From Tricharina praecox (taxonomy: Eukaryota): a stretch of 64,000 nt of DNA. The DNA is taken from positions 248,001-312,000 of the forward strand of contig NW_026250434.1 of assembly GCF_024521635.1 (NCBI RefSeq), in the 5' to 3' direction. Positions 26,415-39,436 of this stretch are shown here, piece after piece. Within the stretch, counting starts at the first letter, position 1. Every line of letters begins with the position of its first letter. Both the position numbers and the translations under genes were made by a program. Below the pieces are notes generated by a model. The model worked only from the letters and a program-made list of their open reading frames with translations, was not told the DNA's origin and searched no databases.

Positions 26415-26789
26415 CTAGAATCCTTCCTCTCCTCCTTCAGCGCGCTTTCCTTCCTCTCCCATTTCAGTCGGGGCATCTTCCATTTCTTCATCAGTACAGT
26501 CTTCTTCCATTCCATCATCAGTTGAGTCTTCTTCCATTTCGTCCTCGGACTCGTCTTCTTCCTCTTCTTCTTCCTCTCCATATTCCTCATCTCCTTCAAT
26601 CCAGATCTCATTATCACCAGTCCAGGGTGATTCCGGAGTCTGGGGCCTTCCCATTCCCTCTCCAGCAGCAGTGAAGCCCTCTTCTTCCATCCAGAATTCG
26701 GGGCCGGTGCCATCGTAATCAATCCAGACGTCGTCGGGTGGCAGACTGCGATGGTTCGCCGGGGAGGAGGCGGCCAAATCGGGCGTCAT
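26415..26789 (-). CDS. Possible small acidic (E/D-rich) orphan protein
   Basis: 124-aa ORF with VWIDYDG, IWIEGDEEY and degenerate 9-aa acidic repeats. No family recognised; may extend at both ends (see findings). Confidence 0.35.
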   Translation of the reverse strand: MTPDLAASSPANHRSLPPDDVWIDYDGTGPEFWMEEEGFTAAGEGMGRPQTPESPWTGDNEIWIEGDEEYGEEEEEEEDESEDEMEEDSTDDGMEEDCTDEEMEDAPTEMGEEGKRAEGGEEGF

Positions 26790-26873
26790 TGTGTCTTGGA
26801 ATGTGGTTGTTATTGAGAGAACTGGGAGATAGCTTAGGTGGGAGTAGGAATGTCGTGAAAGGATGTAGAAGAA

Positions 26874-27057
26874 ATCGTGATGTGAGGATGTTGGGGAGAG
26901 ATGGTGGTATGAAGATGTTGGGGAAGATGTTGGGGAAAGATCGTGGTGTGGGGATGTCGGGGAGAGATGGTGATGTGAGGATGTCGGGGAGAGATTATGA
27001 TGTGAGGATGTCGGGGGGAGATGGTGGTGTGAGGATGTCGAAGAGGTCGTGGTGTGA
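26874..27057. repeat. Degenerate 27-bp minisatellite, about 6 units
   Basis: Consensus TGTGAGGATGTCGGGGAGAGATGGTGR; one unit carries a 12-bp internal duplication (GAAGATGTTGGG). Confidence 0.85.
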
Positions 27058-28708
27058 GCGAAGGAAGAACTTGATCACTCTCAGCCTTTTAAAGGCGTGT
27101 TTGAGGTACCTGAATCTCCAGGTTTGGCCTAGGATGATATGTGATGTGCGATCCAAACGCTTGGGCCTGTCGTGCAGCGACTTCATATATTCTCCAGGCT
27201 TGTTTCGGCGTCATGATTGATCTCGAGATGGTAACTAGTCCAATAAGGTGGGCCTTCACCTCGCCGAGGTATGGTCTGTGTCGATAGTTTCACGTCGTTC
27301 GGATTGTTTTGGTTGGCCTTGTCGGAAGAGACCCGTAAGAAGGACCCTGAGGAATTCCCATCGACTACATGTATTGTTATCACAGCTTGAAATCTACGAA
27401 GGGCACATGAACTTCAAAGATAAGTCGGAGACGTCAAGAAGCTACTCCGAAGGGCAGACGATGCCATAGAAAGCTAAGATGGTGAAGCTGTGTTGTGGGA
27501 GAATGAATGGCTGTCACTGGAGTTGTCCCCGCGGAGATGGAACTTCTGTGAAGGTTACAATACTGTAGTAGGTGTTGCTCCATCATTTGATAGCCTCAGA
27601 ATAGTGTACGTTGGAGTGAGGAATACGATCATCAAAGCTCACTCGCATATCTGAAGTGTGGAATATAGTGTCCTGCTGCTGCATTCTCAACGCGACAGCA
27701 GTCCCGAACGAAGGTGGGTACTCTACTGTTGCAGCTATTCAACATTCAAGTTTCGGGTCTTTCCTCAACTTCAGGCCTGGGCCAGACGATATGGTCATGC
27801 TCAAGACTTCTCCGATTCCGTTTACTTACTTCTATGTATTCCTTCTATGTAGCAAACCGGTGCTTGCGTCAATTGCTACATTTGTCTCGGTATTTGTTCC
27901 GAGACGCTGCTGACCAGACTCCAGAGGGTCCAGCTGGCTGCCAGCAGAACCGGCTTCACGGTAACAGGGCATGTCGTTGGTGAACAGTTCAAAAAGACTA
28001 CCGACTCGAGCCTGCACTCACACGTGCAACACTGCAAACTCGAAAGCCCGCCTGCCGCGCAAGTCCCATCTGTACATAGTGCGTGGGACACAGCGGGAAC
28101 GGCGGGCATGGCAGATGCACGAGCGGCGAGATTTCGCCGCCTTGGCTAGACCAGATTCGGTGGGGTTGAACGTTCAGAGGGCTCTTGTTTATTTTGCCGG
28201 CGGGTCTGTCCTGTCTGTCTCATCGTCCATCATCATTGCTTCCATTGTCTGTTACCTATTGCCTATTACCTGATTTGTTGTTCAGCGGTCGCTGTGATCG
28301 TTTTCTTTAGTGTGCTTGTTCTTCTGGGACTTCCTAAATTCTACAGGAGGTTCTTTTCTAGTCTTGCCTTCTTTCTCTCTCGTGACTTACACTTGACCCT
28401 TTCCACCCTTTCCACTCTTAACGTCGAATAAGGGCTCCTCCGATTTTTAGCTCCTCAATAGCGAAGACAAGGCTGGTGAGTAGTCGCTGCAGCCATGTAG
28501 TTCGCCACGAATATCACTCGAGGCCACTCCACTCCATCACACACGATCAACTCGAAGCTCACAGAAAACTGCTTCTCCAGGGGTTGTAGGGACAAAGCCC
28601 TATTCACAGCTTGGGCAACATCAACCGCCTCTCCCCTCTCCTACCCTCCCCGTCCCGCAAGCTCAAGAAACCCCATCCCCCTCCCCTCTCTCCGCAGCGT
28701 AAACCCCG

Positions 28709-29077
28709 ATGCCCACTTACCCCCGCTTCAAACCCGCCGTCAACCTGGACCTACTACCACGGAGTGCTCGCGCGCTCTCCGGTGCCGGCGCGGGCGCCGC
28801 CACAGCCGCAGAGCAGGAGCACTTCGGCCGCTTGCACCGGCAGAGCTCGCAGCGCTTCGCGGCGGCGCGCGGGAACCTCCGCACGGCGATGCAGGAGTAC
28901 GCGTGTACGCCGACTGATCAGAGCTGGAGGAACTTGGAGGCCAGGTGGAGGCTGGTAGATGCGGCGGCTACGGCGGTCGCTGCAGACCTCGCGAATCTAG
29001 AGAGGATGAATGTTAGAGCTGCCGTGGTGGAGTTGGTAAACGCGGTGGATATGGCGTGGCCGGCGCCCGCGTTGTGA
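28709..29077 (+). CDS. Hypothetical Ala-rich helical protein (122 aa)
   Basis: Intronless ORF with high GC3 in otherwise gene-poor DNA, preceded by a C-rich leader like other genes here. No family recognised. Confidence 0.5.
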   Translation: MPTYPRFKPAVNLDLLPRSARALSGAGAGAATAAEQEHFGRLHRQSSQRFAAARGNLRTAMQEYACTPTDQSWRNLEARWRLVDAAATAVAADLANLERMNVRAAVVELVNAVDMAWPAPAL

Positions 29078-32000
29078 GAAGCTGGGCGAAGTGCTGGATA
29101 TGAGGGAGAGATCGTCGAATGAGCGGTGGTGAGGTGGGGAGGGTTGTGTTTAGTACGTTGTTAGAGTAGATCCATCGTAGATACTAGAGAGTGGGATCTC
29201 CTTTCCAAGGACAGCCATCAATCAAATACGAGTTCCAGAACAAAGAATGGAACAACTTGAGAGCTGCCGGAGCTACAAACCGGTATCTTTTCTTACTCTT
29301 CCATCGGCCATTCCCTAGCCGATGACATAAGTTCCCTACCGGCTAGTCAAGAGAGAGAACACAGTAGACACCCTCAACTTGGGGGCCGGCATGTCTCTCC
29401 ACTGCTGTTTAGTTTTCCCAAAAAACCTTCTCGCAAATCAAACGGGTCGAGTGAGGCACTGTGTCGCAGCGGTATCAACCGAAATCAACCGAAATCAACT
29501 GAAATAAAGCGGTGCTATGTACATTCGTTTGGGCAGCTTTGCTTTCCTGTAGTGCTTGTTCGGAATATATGATAAGAAGAAAATACGCTCGTCGAATAAA
29601 TATAGGTAGAAGGTGTGTGTGGTATCTGGTGTGGTGTGAATCGTGATGGAGCCCGCAAGGAAGATGAATGGAACCATCAGAAGGCCCCCCCTCACAGAAA
29701 TAAAATTATCGCTGCGGCGAGGGGTTGGCGCAAAGGGTTCAGTGTATGTGGGAACGAGTGTGTTCCTGTGAGTACCTAGTCCGCTAACTAGCCGTTCGGA
29801 GGACCGGTGGTGAGTGCTTGGAACATTCGGGGCGGTGCATAGCGGGTCCAAGTTCGGTTTTCTTTCTCTCTCTCTTGTATAGTACCGGTAGCTCCTAGAC
29901 TCCGAACATACTACTTCTCTCCATCGCCGTCCGTCGTTCCAGTGATCACTACCACGAGTCCTTCCAACATGTACAATACGAGAGGGGGTATACTCTAGTG
30001 GGGATCCATCCACCAGGTGTCTCATGTATGCAGGTATATCGCCACCATCCGAGACCAACTGCCCGGCATGAATGGGTTTCTTAGTAAGCCGGTGGAGGTT
30101 GTGGTGGTATGTAGTCGGAGCCTGGAGGGAGAATGGCGGCTGGAAGCCTGGAACTTGGAAGTCTTTGCATCCCAAACTAAGGAAGTTTGGGGCTAGGGTA
30201 CCACAGTTACATAGCGGCTACCAACTCCCAAGTCTACCATCCGCTCACATCCCAGCCTATCCAACTTTCAAGGACCAAACGGAGCTCACTAGTATGTATA
30301 CCTACCCCACAGAACGTTATCCTCTTCGATCCTTCGATTTTGGTGCCCTGGTGCCCTGGTGCCCTGGGAGTTGATTCATTGTGTGGCTTGGAAGTTGGAA
30401 CGTGGAACGACAACGGGACTGGGATTGCCAAGCTGAGCCCTGACGAGCGGAGCAACTAGGTAACGGGCTGACGATTTCGACCTCTGTCTGGTGGGTTTCG
30501 TTCTGTTTCGTCGACCAGTGGTAGTGGGGGGGGGTGAATGATACAACGAGCCTTCGCAATTGCGGTTGCGGCGCCGTGCGTGGTGGGTCGAGAGCTCGAG
30601 CTCGAAGCTTCATCCACCGTCTCATGTGACATCACTCAACTCACAGTCCGGTCCGATTATGTCACGACCCGCTAAGTATCGGTGGGAACCCTGCCTCTCC
30701 GCCAGCGCCTTGCGCCCTGCATACTACTCTATACAAAGCTTCATTCAACGCAGCCAAGCTCCGTTCAAGCTCTCAAGCTCGATTGAAGCTCCGGACAAGC
30801 TCCGTTCAAGCTCCGTTCAACTACGACACATCGCCGCATTCCCCGGATCGGTAGCCTGCTGTCCGGTGCAATAAGACAGTCCCCCGGGTTCCCCAGAAAG
30901 TGGGTTGTCACCTCGACAAGTCTCAATCTCCAGCTCCGCGCCACGTCCGGCGTAGGTACTCCGTCGGGGTGCGGTCAGCAACCGGTGCATGAGGCAGTTG
31001 ATGGACATTTATCTGTCTACCGGTAGTTACCGGTGAATGGCGAATCCGTATGTAGAGCACATAGGATGCTCCACCGATTCTTCGGATGTCGCTCCTGCTA
31101 CGGTAGCTAGTGTGCAATCGTAGATCGCGTGATAGCTCGTGTCTTTCTCCATTCGAACTTCGAAGCTTCAGACCGCCGGCTGCTGCGTCTGGGTGTGTGG
31201 GAACCGCCGAGTCAGCATGGGAGATCTGATCCGCGTAATGCTTAGTGATATGCTTTCAATGGGCATTGGGGGAAATGCAATGGGGCAACGAGGGGGCATT
31301 GGATTATCGCATTTGGATCTGCTGCCTAGGATAGAGCGCAGTGAAATGAGAATAGATGTCGAAGTGGAGGTCGCAAACGGGGGAAGGGGAGGGGGAGGGG
31401 GCTTTGAGGATTTGAGACCGGAACTGAAATTTCCTAGGTAGGGAAATCTCCGATCTCTTTGATGGAGTCTCGAGTGGCGCGCATTGAACTCCGCCCGCTA
31501 GTTGCACTTACGTATGCTGGCCGGAGCGCTGAGGGAGCTTCCCCCTCCCCCCGCCGGGGTACTCTACATACTCTAGAGCACAAGGTAGAACTACAATGTC
31601 AAGGGTGGGGATGCTTCAGCAGCACATGTTGAAGGCCAATATATCCTCGCCGAAGAAATAAAGTGTTCCCAGAGAAGCGAAACCCGGCGAGAGGAAATCC
31701 CATTGTGGGTGAGAATGGTGTTGTCCCTGGAACTGGGAAAGGGGTGGTGGTTGTATTTTTTGCAAGCGACGGCTGTGGCGGTGGGAACCCTGTGCAGGGG
31801 AAAACAACAAAGGGAAACTCTCTGCATGTTTTGCGCATGTTTTGCGTAGAGTAACAGGTACGGTAAGCACCTGGGTACGAGGTCCTATCTATGTAGAGAA
31901 AAGCTTCTCCTCCTCCTCCTCTTCCCCTAAGCCTTAACCGCGTGGGCTCTACTCTGCTTTACTCTACCCAACTCTACTTTACTCTACCTACTCAACTCTA

Positions 32001-32170
32001 CTCCATAGCAGACGTGTGTTTCTATGGCCCGTACGCACTGTAACACTCATTCGACTCCACAGCCTACTCCTGCTCCTCGATAGATACCACAGCCCAACTT
32101 TGCAACTCGATTAACTACCTATTTACCTACTGCATCCGTTACTCCGACACGGCCCAAACGGCAACGACGA

Positions 32171-34154
32171 ATGACCGCGTACCCGCACGCACGTGCGATG
32201 CCTTCTTCACCGCTGGACAGCAATGGCGGAGTGCTGATGGTGGACACATCGGCGGCAGCGGCGGCCGCAACGCGCCCACGGTCGGGAACGCTGGCCACGA
32301 TCCAGACAATCCCGGAGGGCGACATCCTGACGTCGCCGATATCGGGGCACCGGCCGTCGAGCCAGTTCCGGCTGCGCAGAGCGCCCACCGCGTCAAAGGA
32401 GTACCAGATACTGTCGGCCGGGCTCGAGCCGGGGCTGAACCCAGATAGCGACGGGCTCGCGGACGATCTCACAAGCTCCCTCCACACCGACTGCCAGATC
32501 ACTGTGGTCGAGTACAATGAGGACCGCATCTCCCAGTACGAGCTGTGGAACGATGGGCTGAAGGAATTCTTGGATAAGCCGAGACCCGATTGGGCGAAGG
32601 TGGGTTGTGCTTGCGGGGTGCGACGGGCGGATGGGAGAGGGGGGGAGTTGGGCTGACGCTGGGTGCGCAATGGTGGTTAGGTACGATGGATCAACTGCAA
32701 CGGATTGTCGTGGGATGTTGTCAAGCAGCTCGCGCGACACTACAACTTTCATTCCCTAGGTCCGGTGGCACTTCTACTTGTATCGTCTCGCGCACGTATC
32801 AGGAACTGACTCCCCTTCGAATGAACGTGCAGCCCTCGAGGATCTGCTGTCCAAACACGACAGCAACAGACCCAAGTGTGACTGGTATTCCGACCATGCC
32901 TTTAGTACGGTCTGCCCCTCGTATTCGCCCCATTGGATGGTCGACTGACCCAGCTCCGAATAGTTATCCTGCCACTCCTGAAACTTCTCGATGGCGATTG
33001 TTCGGATTTCAGGAACCACGACCACTACAAGAAACAACCGTTCTGGGAGCGCATGTTTTCACGGGGCTGCCAGGCGAGCGACGACGACCCGGAGAAGAAC
33101 ATGCTGGACGAGAGTTCATTGCGCAACAAAGTCCGGACGCTACAGTCCTCCTTCGGAGGCCCCAACGCCGAGCGGATAGCCTACATGGAATCGCACGGAT
33201 CCCTCCAACCGCTCGAGAAGATCGTGCACGTCGAGCAAGTATCCGTGTTCTTGACCGAGGACGGCACGGTGGTCTCGTTCTTTGAGATTTCGGGCGACGA
33301 CATTGAGCCTCCCATCCTCTCGCGACTGTACTCGGAGAACACACTGCTGCGCACCTCGAGCGATCCCAGCATGATGATGCAGGCGCTGATCGACGGCATC
33401 GTCGACCTCTCCTTCCCCGTCGTGTCGGCGTATCAGGACATCATCGCCGAGCTGGAGATGACCGTCCTCACGGATCCTTCGATTAAGCAATCTCAGGACC
33501 TTTACATCCTGACGAGCGAGCTGTCGCTGCTCAAGCGGAATATTGCGCCCATCGCGGCAGTGATCACCTCGCTGAGGGACCACAAGAAGGGCATCATGTC
33601 GAAGATCAAAGGGAGCACCGGTATCGAAGTCAGTGATATGACCAGGGTTTATCTAGGAGACGTGCTGGATCACGTTCTGCTGATTCTCGAGGTGAGTCCT
33701 TTTCTGTTGGAGACCGGGAGACGGACAGAGACGGAACTGACAGCACCCGTCCACAGAACCTCGAAACGATGAAGCGGGCAGCCGACAACATGATCGATCT
33801 GATCTTCAACACGATCAGCAGTCTGCAGAACGAGAGCATGAAGCAACTCAGTTCGTTTCCCTCTCCCTCTCCAGCCTGCACGCCTCGAGCTAACACTCTC
33901 TCCCTTCCACAGCCACAATCACCATCGTCTTCCTACCGATAACCTTCTTGGCCGGCTACTTTGGCATGAACTTTGAAGTGTTCCCGGGCGTGCAAGGACA
34001 GTCGGACGAGTACTTTTGGAAGATTGCCGCGCCGGTCATGGCAATCACGCTCATGTACTGTCTTCGAGAAGTAGTTGGACGCCAGATCATCAAAAAGTTT
34101 CAGCGCAGGTCGTTATCCGTTGCCAGGAAGAAGAGGAGGGATAAGCTGGACTAG
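32171..34154 (+). CDS. CorA/MIT-family magnesium transporter
   Basis: [34 protein letters not shown], and signature [18 protein letters not shown] (GMN). Five introns: 32600-32680, 32760-32832, about 32905-32963, 33691-33756 and 33851-33911. Start could be 32198. Confidence 0.9.
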
Positions 34155-37100
34155 GCGGTTGGAGGGTGGTGGTGATGGGGGGAGGGAGGTGGAGTTTTTG
34201 GGATGGAGTTTGCATAGCATAGCACTTGATGGGCGCGAGGACGGGAATACTTATGTTGTAACTTGTTATACCTACAGCCGGATGCGGATGGGGATGGAGT
34301 TGTAATACGTGGATAGGTGGATAAGGCGATAAGTGGATATCATTGCGAGTATTTGGGCACCTACTTTATGAGATACTAGATAGCATAGCATACTTGGTAC
34401 TTGGCTATATAAAACCATATTTTGATTTCTTGGAGTTGCGGCCGTTGGGGCTAGGTATTGGGACCGTTGAGACCATTGGGACCATGGGCGCCGACGTGAG
34501 CACCGATGGTCTGGTCGGGGATGGGTCTGCTCGGGGATGCATGACATATCACCCACATGTCAGGTCAGGTCAGAGACAGGTCTGAGGAAGGTCTGAGGAA
34601 GGTAGGCGCCGAGCATGAAAGTAGAGTACTTGGTCATGTAAGTAAGCACTTGGTCATGTAATGTAAGTAAGCACTCGATCATGTAGGTGTAGGTATAAGC
34701 AGAGTAATGCTGGCAGCTGCAGGAGCTCGGACAACGGCGGCGGCAACGCTGGTGCTGGTGCTGGGGACTGGGGATGGCTGACTACAATCCGTGGACCGTC
34801 ACAGCCTGTATGTATCTAGAGTACCTAGTAGCCGCTGGACTTGGGGGCAATCGATACGAGGTACATCTTAGGTAAGGACTTAGTAGTTGAATGAAGTCTT
34901 TTTGGTGGGTTTTACGGACGTGGGCGGTGGGCATAATTGAAGCATTTTGGGCGCGAAGACGTCTGGGTAAAGGAAGACGGGAGAATTCTTCCATTGCTAG
35001 GGATGATCTCAAGAATGTGTCCCGACTCGCGGGAGATTGAAAACCTCGGAAGGGGTGCTCTAGGTGTATAGAACGCCGAGATGGGTGAGAACTCGGGGGG
35101 AAGGGGGAGGGGGTAGGAAGGCCGTGAGGATGAGGAAGAAGATGGGGATGAGCTGCCGAGACCGATATGTAAACGTAAAGTCGCAGCGGGAGGCAGCCCG
35201 GAAAGGAGCAGATTTATCTCGGTCTCCTTTGACTTCATCGACTTCGTCCCCGCATCGCGATTCGCGATGTTTCCCGATGACCGTCGCCGATTTGTTTCCC
35301 ACTCCCTTTCCAAGCTCCATGCGGGAACATTCACCCATAATACTCTATGCGCGACAATGCACATACTGAAGGACCGCGGGGTCTCGGCGCCTCTGTGTTG
35401 CGGCGGTATCACTGGCGGGACCTAGCTATTGTTAGTTATGGCGGGCAAACCTGATGGCGTTGAAATGTTTTCTGTTGCTGCTTTTCTGTCTTATTCAACA
35501 CATCAGACATTATTCAATACCACAGGTATTCTCAGAAGTCATAGGCCTCTCTTCTCTTCTGGTTGCTTTGCTTTTTCAGTTGAATAACGTTCATCAGTTG
35601 CTCGTATCCGTCCAGGGTCTCTCGGCATGTACTGGTACTAGGTGTATGTAGAGTACGGACACCTATCGATAGCGAAAGAAAATAAAGATTATGTAAAGTA
35701 CGGACGAACTCGCTCTCATGATGTCTCATCCTGGCCCCGCATCCGAGTTATCAACTTGCCAGCGAACAAGCTGGCCAATCCGGTGGGATCGGTGCGGATC
35801 CTTGAGCGACGGGCTTGACAGCTGCTATGTACACATATGTCTATCTGGGACATCTAGCGAGCGAGGGAAGTGGGCGGGGCGGGGAGGGTGGTGGTGGTTA
35901 GGTGGGGAACGGGCCGAGGACCGGTGGGTGATGCAGACACTCAGTTCTCGCGAGCGAAACCAACCCGAATACTCGTCTTTTATGCTTTCATCCTACTATA
36001 CACCACTCCACATAGTTACGGTATCCGTGTGGCCACGAGTACACGGGTTCTTCACGATGCGCCCGCGAGCTCGTTGTTAATTGCCCGCTCGACTGGCTGG
36101 CTGGATGGCTGGCCGCTGGCCGCTGGCTTCCTGCTTTGGGCAATCCGTAGTGTCGTCTCGCCTCTGCCCCTCGTGGCCGTATTCTGAGCATCGATCCGAG
36201 CGGGTGCTGTGCCCAACTTATCTATCTCTCGACGACGTTGGTGCTTTTACTGGGGAGCACTTAGCATGAATGTCCTTTTCCTGAGACGGGAAGAAGACGA
36301 AGAAGAAGATCTGATGATATGCCCCGCGCCGAACGGAAAGCATCACCAGCGTCCATCCATCCACCACCCACCATTCACCACCCGCCACACCCACCACCAC
36401 CAGCAGCATCAGCATCCCATCCTTAGTTACTTCCACCTCCTCTTCACCCCTTCTGTCTGGCCGGCTGTCACCCACCATTCCATGGAGAGCAAATCCCTGT
36501 CTCTCGCAGCCTATCGCGGAAGCGGAGCGCTAAGCTAGTGACTTTCGCTTCCCCTCCTTCCACCTCCACCTCCAAAAACCTACCGACGCCCTCCACCTAA
36601 ACCACTTCTTAACTATACCCCCCAGCACCTTCGGCCCCATTCAAATTCCCTCCCTCCCTCCCTCCTCGTCCTCCTTCTCTTTCTCTTTCTCTTTCTCTTT
36701 CTCGTCCTCTCACGCTTTCCCTACACTCGTGTTCTTGCTCAGCTTTCTTCGTCTCGTCTCCTTTTTCCGTTCCGTTTCCTCGTTTCCTACTATCTCTCCT
36801 CCCCCCCTCCCTCTTCTTACCCGCCCTCCCCACCTCCCCCCACCACTACCTCCACCCCCTTCTCCACCCCCCACTCCCTCCCGCCCATTTCCCCCCGGTT
36901 GCAGCTTGAAGGTCATCTTGTGAGAAGATAGAAGTGTGACAGAATACAGAAACTTTCCCGGTTTCTTCCCCGTTCATCTCATCCGAAACACAACTCAACT
37001 TTCTCGTTGCTGGCTTCATCTCCACCAATCTCCCTCCACCACTGACAACTTCATCACCTTCATCAACTCCTTCACTGCCGCTCCCTCGGCTCAGTGGTCG

Positions 37101-37619
37101 CAGTCGTCATTGTCTCCGGACTTTCTCCTTGCCACCATCTTATTAACCTTTCTTTCATCTCTTTCGGTTGCTACGCACGGAGGATTTGCTATCTGGTCGA
37201 GTGGGAGAGAGAAAAAAAGAGAATAAGAAGTGGAAAGAAAATTGGTCGTCATCTCTCTGGTTGGAAATTTCTTCACTTCTGCATCCGCAGTCTGTCTCTC
37301 TTACGCAAAATAGTCATCACCATCTCTGACTGTCGCCCTATCCCCCTCAATCCCAATTTCACGGTCGACTTCTCCTGTTTGCTGCATACAGCTCTCCGCT
37401 TTGCTCGTCGTCCTCTTTTTCTACGTTTCTTTTCTTCAGAGATAGTCGAATCCGGCCGCCACTGGAATTCAAATCAAAAGAGAGAAAGAAAAGCAGAGAA
37501 AGCAAAAGAAGAAAAGAACAAGTCTACGAGAGTTGCTGTTCAAACCCTTCCGATCGCAACCCACTTAGTCGTCGTCGTCGTCCACCGAGTCCAGACAGAA
37601 TCATTGTGCTCCGTCCAAA

Positions 37620-39436
37620 ATGTCTGCTGATGCTCAAAACGCCGCCGGAGGCCAACAAGCCGCTGCCGCCGCCGGCCAGAACTCGGGAACCAGCAGTCAC
37701 ATGCCTCCCCCTCCCCTCCCGCCGGTGATCATCCCGCAGAACACGAACCCGATTCCCACGGCCATCACCTCGCCCATGTCGGTTTCGGGCGTCACCTCGC
37801 CGACTTCCGGAGGAGGCTTCGTTCGTCGCGCTGCGCCTGAGCCCAACAAGCGTGCCCTTTACGTCGGAGGCCTGGATCCCCGAGTGACCGAGGACATCCT
37901 GAAGCAGATATTCGAGACGACAGGCCATGTCCAGAGTGTTAAGATCATTCCGGACAAGAATGTAAGTGTTCCACAGCCCCCCCTTCGGTTCACACCGACC
38001 CCCCCCCCCCCCTATGCTCCTACAGAACTTGTAGCGGTGTACTCAAAAACTCTTTCTAATTTAGGCCAAGGGTTACAACTATGGCTTTGTGGAGTACGAC
38101 GATCCCGGTGCAGCTGAACGTGCCATGGCCACCTTGAACGGACGACGGGTCCACCAGTCGGTTAGTGCCTCTGAGGGTGGTGGCGCAGAGCAAGGAAACG
38201 GTCCTTCTGACTCGACGTCGTTCGTGCAGGAAATTCGGGTCAATTGGGCGTATCAGTCGAACCAGGCCAACAAGGAGGATACCAGCAACCACTTTCATAT
38301 CTTTGTCGGAGACCTATCCAACGAGGTCAATGATGAGGTCCTCACCCAGGCATTCTCCGCCTTCGGTTCGGTTTCAGAGGCTCGCGTCATGTGGGACATG
38401 AAGACTGGTCGCTCCCGGGGATACGGTTTCGTCGCATTCCGCGAGAAGGTCGACGCCGAGAAGGCGCTCAGCACCATGGACGGTGAATGGCTCGGTTCCC
38501 GTGCCATCCGCTGCAACTGGGCCAACCAGAAGGGCCAGCCTTCGGTCTCCCAGCAGGCTGCCATGGCCGCCATGGGCATGACTCCTACCACTCCCTACGG
38601 TCACCACCACTTTCCTACACACGGTGTCCAAAGTTACGATATGATCGTCACCCAGACGCCTCAGTGGCAGACTACCGTGTACGTCGGAAACTTGACTCCG
38701 TACACCACTCAGAACGACCTGGTGCCGCTTTTCCAGAACTTTGGCTACGTGGTGGAGACGAGGTTCCAGGCGGACAGGGGCTTTGCGTTCGTCAAGATGG
38801 ACAGTCATGAGAATGCTGCCATGGCCATCTGTCAGTTGTCGGGTTACAACGTGAACGGCAGGCCGTTGAAATGCAGCGTGAGTAACCGATTCCTTCTCCC
38901 TTGCGATTTGTGACATGTGCTAACTCCATTCGCAGTGGGGCAAGGATCGTCCCCCGACTGGTCAGTTCGATGGTTATTCTCCCCAACAATCCCAGACCCC
39001 GCAATACCCTGCTCCCAATACCCCCTCCGCGTACTATCCCCAGTATGGAGGTGGGCCGATGACCCCTCAGGGACCTCCTGCAACTCTCATCGGTAGACCT
39101 AACGCTCTTCCAGGACACGGACCCCAATCGCCCGTCGGACCGTCCCCGGGAGGCCGATGGCAAGACGGTAACGGAGGTTTCTCGCCCCAGCAGCAGCAGC
39201 AAGCCTACGGCGGAATGCCTCAGGGCGGTATGCAGCAAGGCGGAATGCCCCAAGGAGGAATGCCTCAAGGCGGTATGCAACAGGGCGGAATGCCTCAGGG
39301 TGGAATGCCTCAGGGTGGAATGCCGCAAAGCGCAGGAGGATACGGCCGTGGTAACGGCCCGGCTACTCCGGGTGGCTGGGGCGGTAACTCTGCTGGTGGC
39401 TTCGGCGGCAATGGTTTCGGCGGCTACCAGCAGTAG
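37620..39436 (+). CDS. PUB1: Polyuridylate-binding protein Pub1 (TIA-1 family; 3 RRMs and a Q/G-rich prion-like tail)
   Basis: RALYVGGLD, NYGFVEY, EIRVNWA, FHIFVGDLSNEVND, RSRGYGFVAF, TVYVGNL, RPLKCS|WGK. Introns 37962-38064, 38161-38229 and 38878-38935. Confidence 0.95.
39209..39328 (+). repeat. 15-bp coding repeat (GGMPQ/GGMQQ x8) in the Pub1 low-complexity domain
   Basis: GGCGGAATGCCTCAG-like units encoding GGMPQGGMQQGGMPQGGMPQGGMQQGGMPQGGMPQGGMPQ. Confidence 0.9.

Noticed and set aside
27876..28109. Cys-rich 77-aa minus-strand ORF
   Set aside because: No signal peptide, no recognisable Cys spacing, an in-frame stop just upstream, and no convincing splice signals.
29495..30175. 226-aa minus-strand ORF
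   Set aside because: Non-ATG start, non-coding-like composition, no motifs; it also contains a copy of the intergenic heptamer.
34560..34700. Short local duplications (GGTCTGAGGAA x2; ACTTGGTCATGTAA x2), and similar ones near 29474, 30757, 57940 and 63000
   Set aside because: Consistent with replication slippage; no terminal inverted repeats, target-site duplications or transposase remnants.
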